Source of the DNA: Candidatus Hodarchaeota archaeon
GTDB lineage: Archaea > Asgardarchaeota > Heimdallarchaeia > Hodarchaeales > Hodarchaeaceae
Direction of reading: 5' to 3'
Length of the DNA stretch: 31,518 nt
Assembly (NCBI GenBank): GCA_016840035.1
Contig: JAEOTC010000066.1
Span: 1 to 31,518, forward strand
The translations under genes were made by a program, and so were the position numbers. The notes under the pieces are model-generated. The model ran no database searches. It worked only from the letters and a program-made list of their open reading frames with translations, and had not been told where the DNA came from. Below are positions 27,039-31,518 of this stretch, piece by piece (the first letter of the stretch is position 1; every line of letters begins with the position of its first letter).

Positions 27039-28250
27039 ATGACTCGAGATCCAAGTAGCTTTTTTGTCACTGAAATGGAAGAAATTCGTAGTGCAGGTAG
27101 AGAATGGGTTCATCGCAAACTCGAAGGTGCTTCTGATACTGTATGCAACGTTGAGGGAAAAGAGGTAATCATGTTATGCTCGAATAATTACCTAGGATTA
27201 AGTAACCATCCTAAAATGAAGGAAGCGGCAATTCAAGCCGTCAAAACCCATGGTGTTGGTTCGGGATCAGTACGAGCTATCGCTGGAAATATGGATTTGC
27301 ATGTTCAGTTGGAAGAACGTCTTGCTGAATTCAAGGAACAAAAAGCAGGATTTGTTACCTCTGCTGGATTCACTGCAAATGAAGGAATCATACCCCAGCT
27401 AGCTCCTGATAAAAATGATATAATTTTGTCAGATGAGTTAAATCACGGATCGATAATTGACGGTGTACGATTATCTAAAGCTAAGCGTGCTGTATACAAG
27501 CACAATGATATGGGTGATTTGGAAAAAGTAATAGCTGAGTTAGATAAACAAAACCCTCGCAGAATACTCTTAATTACGGATGGAGTATTTTCTATGGACG
27601 GGGATGCAGCCAAATTAGATGAAATCTATAAGATTGCGGCCCCCTTTGGTGCAATGTTTTACGTTGATGATGCCCATGGTGATGGTGTACTTGGACGAAA
27701 TCATTCTGGTAAGGGTCTTGTTGACCACTATAATCTACAAGGAAAAGTAGATATTGAAATGGGAACTTTTTCTAAAGCATTTGGAACAATGGGTGGATCA
27801 GTTGTCGGCTCTAAGGAATTAGTGACTTGGTGCAGAAATAAAACCCGATCATACTTATTATCCGGGAGTCACCCTCCTGCGACTGCAGCAGCTTCTATTA
27901 AAGCTCTTGATTTAATTGAACATGAAGAACCAGACTTAGTACCAAGATTATGGAAAAACATAAATTATTTTAAGAAGAGAATCATTGATATGGGGTATAA
28001 TCATGCCATCACTGATGCATCCACAACAGCAATTATCCCCATCATATGCGGGGATCCACTTAAAGCTAAGGACATATCGAATTCCCTTTATAATGATTAT
28101 GGGATATTCGCCCTTCCAATAGTTTTCCCTATGGTTCCAAGAGGACTGGATAGAATTCGTGTACAGGCAAATGCAGCTCAAACAAAAGATCAGTTAGATG
28201 AAGGATTACGAGCATTTGAGGAACTTGGGAATAAATTTAAGATTTTCTAA
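27039..28250 (+). CDS. Alpha-oxoamine synthase (glycine C-acetyltransferase Kbl / BioF family)
   Basis: CSNNYLGL, SDELNHGSIIDG, ITDGVFSMDGD, DDAHG, GTFSKAFG (PLP Lys), PIVFPMVP...RIRVQ. Confidence 0.88.
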   Translation: MTRDPSSFFVTEMEEIRSAGREWVHRKLEGASDTVCNVEGKEVIMLCSNNYLGLSNHPKMKEAAIQAVKTHGVGSGSVRAIAGNMDLHVQLEERLAEFKEQKAGFVTSAGFTANEGIIPQLAPDKNDIILSDELNHGSIIDGVRLSKAKRAVYKHNDMGDLEKVIAELDKQNPRRILLITDGVFSMDGDAAKLDEIYKIAAPFGAMFYVDDAHGDGVLGRNHSGKGLVDHYNLQGKVDIEMGTFSKAFGTMGGSVVGSKELVTWCRNKTRSYLLSGSHPPATAAASIKALDLIEHEEPDLVPRLWKNINYFKKRIIDMGYNHAITDASTTAIIPIICGDPLKAKDISNSLYNDYGIFALPIVFPMVPRGLDRIRVQANAAQTKDQLDEGLRAFEELGNKFKIF

Positions 28251-28265
28251 ATTTTTCCCCTTTCT

Positions 28266-28688
28266 TTATTCTTCTTCCTCAGTATGAACCAGCTTCCTAT
28301 TACTTCTAACCGTTACTCTACCCGAGTACCGAAATACTTGACTACAATCAGGGCAATACCAATATTTTCTTGATGCTTCATCCCCACTAGAAAATTGATA
28401 GAATCCTTGAAATATTGCATTGGGATGTCGACATCGTTTATTTTTTCGTTGTTTGTAAGTTTGGGTCATTAATTTTGGGATTGGAGGTGGTTCATTTTCT
28501 AAAATTCTCGTCTTATCCTTCTCGGTGTGTTTAATAACTGTAGTTTCTTGAAACGCTACTTTATTAACTTTTTTTCCTTCAAGAATCTCTTTTTGACATT
28601 TTGTACACCAATATATCAATTTCCTTTCTGGTCCAACCCTTTGTGTTGTAATAAGGGTACCACAAGTTTCACAGAAAGGACTGTTCAC
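28266..28688 (-). CDS. TFS/RpoM (Rpb9/RPC11/RPA12-like) double zinc-ribbon protein, atypical
   Basis: N-terminal FCETCG...CTKC. C-terminal CRH...QFSSGDE...WYCPDC resembles the QxRxADE hairpin of TFS. GTG start after AGGAG. Confidence 0.7.
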   Translation of the reverse strand: MNSPFCETCGTLITTQRVGPERKLIYWCTKCQKEILEGKKVNKVAFQETTVIKHTEKDKTRILENEPPPIPKLMTQTYKQRKNKRCRHPNAIFQGFYQFSSGDEASRKYWYCPDCSQVFRYSGRVTVRSNRKLVHTEEEE

Positions 28689-28910
28689 AGAATAACTCCT
28701 CTTATCCAGATTAATGATGTTATTTAAGGGAAATATTTCACTTTTCCCATTTTCCTCTTCAAATCAAAATACGTTTTCCTCTCAGAATCAACTTAAAACG
28801 AATGTAAAAAACTATAAAATACTTGTTAAAAAGCTCTACGTACTTCATGAGAGATTAAAAAGAAATTTATGAATTATTCAAAGAAGTAAAATTAAAAAAC
28901 GGAGATAAAT

Positions 28911-30869
28911 TTGAAAATTCCATTTTTAGGCAAGTTGCGGTTACATTGGTGCACTAACTGCCATGTTCCTTTAATTCGAAATCATTGTAGTAGCTGTGGA
29001 TCATCAGGCCAAAAGGTTCAAGTCACCCCTCCAGGAGATATTCGACCTGCCTTTAAAGGAGATGTTACCCGAATATCCTCTCTAATAGAAAAGCAATATG
29101 GGGATATTTCTGGCCAAATTTTCCAAAAAATGATAGAAAATCAAATTCTTCTTCTAAATAAGGTGCCATATATCGACAGAATGGATGAAATTTATTTTCT
29201 CGGAAAAGTAATAGGATTACTTCGATTTAATCCTATAAAGAATGATTTTGAAGTGGTCCCTAGACTTGCTTTAGCAAAGAAACTCTGGCATAAAGATGCG
29301 AATAGCTGGGTTGAGGTTGATAAAGGAGCTAAGGATCCCATCAAGAAGGGAGCTTCGGTTCTAACTCCTGGTTTATTGGAAGTTCACGGAAAAATTTCCT
29401 TAAATGATCCAATTATTATTGTATGCCAACAAGAAGTAATTGCTGTTGGATTAGCAAAGATGACTGATGAAACTATGCTTAATGCCCCCAAAGGTGTCGC
29501 TATCAAGACAAAATATCGAAAAGAATTGGTTTCATTTGAATCAGTTCCCTCTTCATCATGGAAGAATATTGTTGAAGCCAATAGTCAATCATTAAATTCT
29601 CTTGAAGATGAAGCAATTAGTTTCATTGAAAATACAGCGAAGAAGTATGAAAACGTTGTTGTTGCTTATTCAGGTGGAAAGGATTCACTTGCGACACTCA
29701 ATCTTGTTGCTCAATCTGACGTTCCATACGAAATTATATTTGCTGATACTGGATTAGAATATCCTGAAACGATTGAAAACGTTAAACTTATTTCAAAAGC
29801 TTATCAACGTAAAATATTGATTGATGAAAATGAGACTTGGGATTTTTGGGATCGTTTCGAACACTTTGGACCTCCCACTCGGAATTCTCGTTGGTGTTGT
29901 AAATCAGCTAAACTTGCTCCAGTTAATGCTATATTGGAGAAGAATTTTCCCGACGATAAGCATGTATTAACTTTTTTGGGAAAACGTCGTTATGAATCAA
30001 TTGGCCGTTCTCAAGAACCAAGAGTTTCTCAAAATCCTTGGATTCCCAAACAAATTTCTGCCTCACCAATAAATAATTGGACCGCATTCGAGGTTTATCT
30101 ATACATTAAAGCCAAAAATTTAATGGAATTGTTGAATCCTTTGTATTTACAAGAATTTGTCAGAATTGGGTGTTGGGTTTGTCCCGCTTCTTCCCTTGCT
30201 GATTTTTCCATTATGAAAAAGACTCATCCTAATCTCCTTAAGCAACTCACAGATAAATTATCAAAAATTAAATCAAATCGAGACTATCCTACTCAATATA
30301 TATCTTGGGGTCTTTGGAGATGGAAACTTCTTCCATCGAAGATTCTCAACCTTTTAAACAGAGAAAATGTTACATATAAGATTAAGGACTCCTCATCAGA
30401 TACAAATTCACAGTTACAGTTTTATATTACTCGTTCTCCTTCTCCATGTGCTCTAGGAGGGTACTCGAGTTATCTTTCAGCCAATCAAATGCTTAATTTG
30501 GAGTTAATCGATAAATTACTTCCTATTTTGGGAAATAGCGAATTCAATGAGAATTTAGACATACTTTCTGTTAGTAATTCTGATAGGGTTCATACAGATG
30601 TTTTCAGGGATGGTTCTATTATTGTTCGGGAGAATTCAATTGATACATTGACAGTTTCGGCAATAGATTACGCAAAAACGGTTTTTCGTATTACCTATTG
30701 CGATGGTTGCGGCGTGTGCACATTTAATTGTGAGGAAGATGCTTTAAAAGTTGATGAGGGAAAAGTAAGAGTTGATCATACAAAATGCACTCAGTGTAAG
30801 CAATGTAATAGTTTTTGTCCCTTGTTGAGATATCGTAGTGATGCTAGTTATTTTTTTCAAGAGAAATAA
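28911..30869 (+). CDS. PAPS/APS-reductase-family (PP-loop) protein with N-terminal zinc finger, PUA domain and C-terminal 4Fe-4S ferredoxin domain
   Basis: WCTNC...CSSC...PPGDIRPAF; PUA (VDKGA...GASVLTPG); SGGKDS; DTGLEYPET; RWCC; RIGCWVCP; CDGCGVC...C and CTQCKQC...CP. Confidence 0.85.
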   Translation: MKIPFLGKLRLHWCTNCHVPLIRNHCSSCGSSGQKVQVTPPGDIRPAFKGDVTRISSLIEKQYGDISGQIFQKMIENQILLLNKVPYIDRMDEIYFLGKVIGLLRFNPIKNDFEVVPRLALAKKLWHKDANSWVEVDKGAKDPIKKGASVLTPGLLEVHGKISLNDPIIIVCQQEVIAVGLAKMTDETMLNAPKGVAIKTKYRKELVSFESVPSSSWKNIVEANSQSLNSLEDEAISFIENTAKKYENVVVAYSGGKDSLATLNLVAQSDVPYEIIFADTGLEYPETIENVKLISKAYQRKILIDENETWDFWDRFEHFGPPTRNSRWCCKSAKLAPVNAILEKNFPDDKHVLTFLGKRRYESIGRSQEPRVSQNPWIPKQISASPINNWTAFEVYLYIKAKNLMELLNPLYLQEFVRIGCWVCPASSLADFSIMKKTHPNLLKQLTDKLSKIKSNRDYPTQYISWGLWRWKLLPSKILNLLNRENVTYKIKDSSSDTNSQLQFYITRSPSPCALGGYSSYLSANQMLNLELIDKLLPILGNSEFNENLDILSVSNSDRVHTDVFRDGSIIVRENSIDTLTVSAIDYAKTVFRITYCDGCGVCTFNCEEDALKVDEGKVRVDHTKCTQCKQCNSFCPLLRYRSDASYFFQEK

Positions 30870-30968
30870 AAGGAGCATTGCACTTTTAGTTCCTTGAGAT
30901 ATCAGTAGAAAAACAAAAAACCCTGCAATAAAAGCTCCCCTTGAACTGTTTTTTGAGGTTTAACGCAT

Positions 30969-31511
30969 TTGACTGGGCGTAAAGATCGAGTTATTGATGG
31001 TGCAAAGTCTATTCTATTAACCAGAGGCTTTGAAGTTACTTCCGAAGTTGAGAATGAGGAATATCACGATATTTTCGGGAAAAATCCAGAGGGTCAGACA
31101 ATTATTGTTCGAATTCCTGAGAAAGAAGTTGTTGGTGTTAAGGAATTAAGGGATTATAAGGAAGAGATTGAGGAGAAGAAGTACGATTACGCCTTATTAC
31201 TTGCTTTGAATAAATATACTCATTATGCTAAGAGAGAAGCTAAAGCAGCGGATATCGAGACTTTTTCAATTAAGTTTCCATTCTTCAATCTTTTTAAGCA
31301 TTATCTCGTTCCCGTTCATGAATTCGCTACTGAGTCAGAAATTCAAGAATTAGAGGAAAAATATTCAATTTTTACTTATCAACTTCCTAAGATCTCTGCA
31401 GAAGATCCAGCAGTCCAACTTTTAGGAGCTAAAGTTGGCGATGTGTTGAAAATTAAAAGAGATAGTCCAACTGCTGGTGAATTCTTGGTTTATCGAACAG
31501 TAGTTCCATAA
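30969..31511 (+). CDS. rpoH: RNA polymerase subunit Rpo5/Rpb5, two-domain eukaryote-like form
   Basis: C-terminal HYLVPVH...QLPKISAEDPAV..LGAKVGDVLKIKRDSPTAG...YRTV is RpoH/Rpb5-C, preceded by an extra ~105-aa N-terminal domain. TTG start after GAGGT. Confidence 0.93.
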   Translation: MTGRKDRVIDGAKSILLTRGFEVTSEVENEEYHDIFGKNPEGQTIIVRIPEKEVVGVKELRDYKEEIEEKKYDYALLLALNKYTHYAKREAKAADIETFSIKFPFFNLFKHYLVPVHEFATESEIQELEEKYSIFTYQLPKISAEDPAVQLLGAKVGDVLKIKRDSPTAGEFLVYRTVVP

Positions 31512-31518
31512 TTAAACG

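Noticed and set aside
27039-28250. Serine palmitoyltransferase (sphingolipid synthesis) interpretation
   Set aside because: Motifs (CSNNYLGL, ITDGVFSMDGD, RIRVQ) fit Kbl/BioF-type enzymes, and there is no membrane anchor or lipid-gene context. It cannot be fully excluded without a phylogeny.
6043-29581. Remaining short ORFs inside or opposite annotated genes (e.g. 8716-8949, 14133-14522, 16520-17131, 17618-17923, 27948-28181)
   Set aside because: Antisense or alternative-frame artefacts of the real coding sequences.
1-31518. tRNA, rRNA, CRISPR arrays, transposases or integrases
   Set aside because: No cloverleaf, GC-rich structural RNA block, regularly spaced repeat or recombinase motif was seen by eye. 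Intergenic regions are short and AT-rich.

Overview
AT-rich archaeal chromosomal segment of mostly core genes. Gene content and eukaryote-like motifs point to Asgard archaea, plausibly Heimdallarchaeia; this is inferred and no search was run. The window holds a 3'-truncated oligosaccharyltransferase (STT3/AglB) with eukaryote-type motifs, valS, and an unsplit rpoB followed by secE-spt5-uL10. It also holds a rearranged ribosomal cluster (uL1-eL39-eL31-eIF6-eL20-pfdA-ftsY, divergent from uL11-truD) and EMC3/DUF106-eL34 plus a Cren7-like zinc-ribbon fusion. A compact agmatine-centred cluster follows: fold-type III PLP decarboxylase, agmatinase, deoxyhypusine synthase, TiaS and a TPR protein. The end carries an alpha-oxoamine synthase, an atypical TFS/RpoM-like protein, a PUA/PAPS-reductase/ferredoxin protein and a 180-aa two-domain, eukaryote-like Rpb5. 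Highlights are the agmatine supply-and-use module (its decarboxylase has Asn in place of the conserved Cys), the full-length Rpb5, the SVSE-type STT3, the Cren7-like fusion and a candidate uL1-binding RNA element upstream of a tailless uL10. No rRNA, tRNA, CRISPR array or mobile element was recognised.
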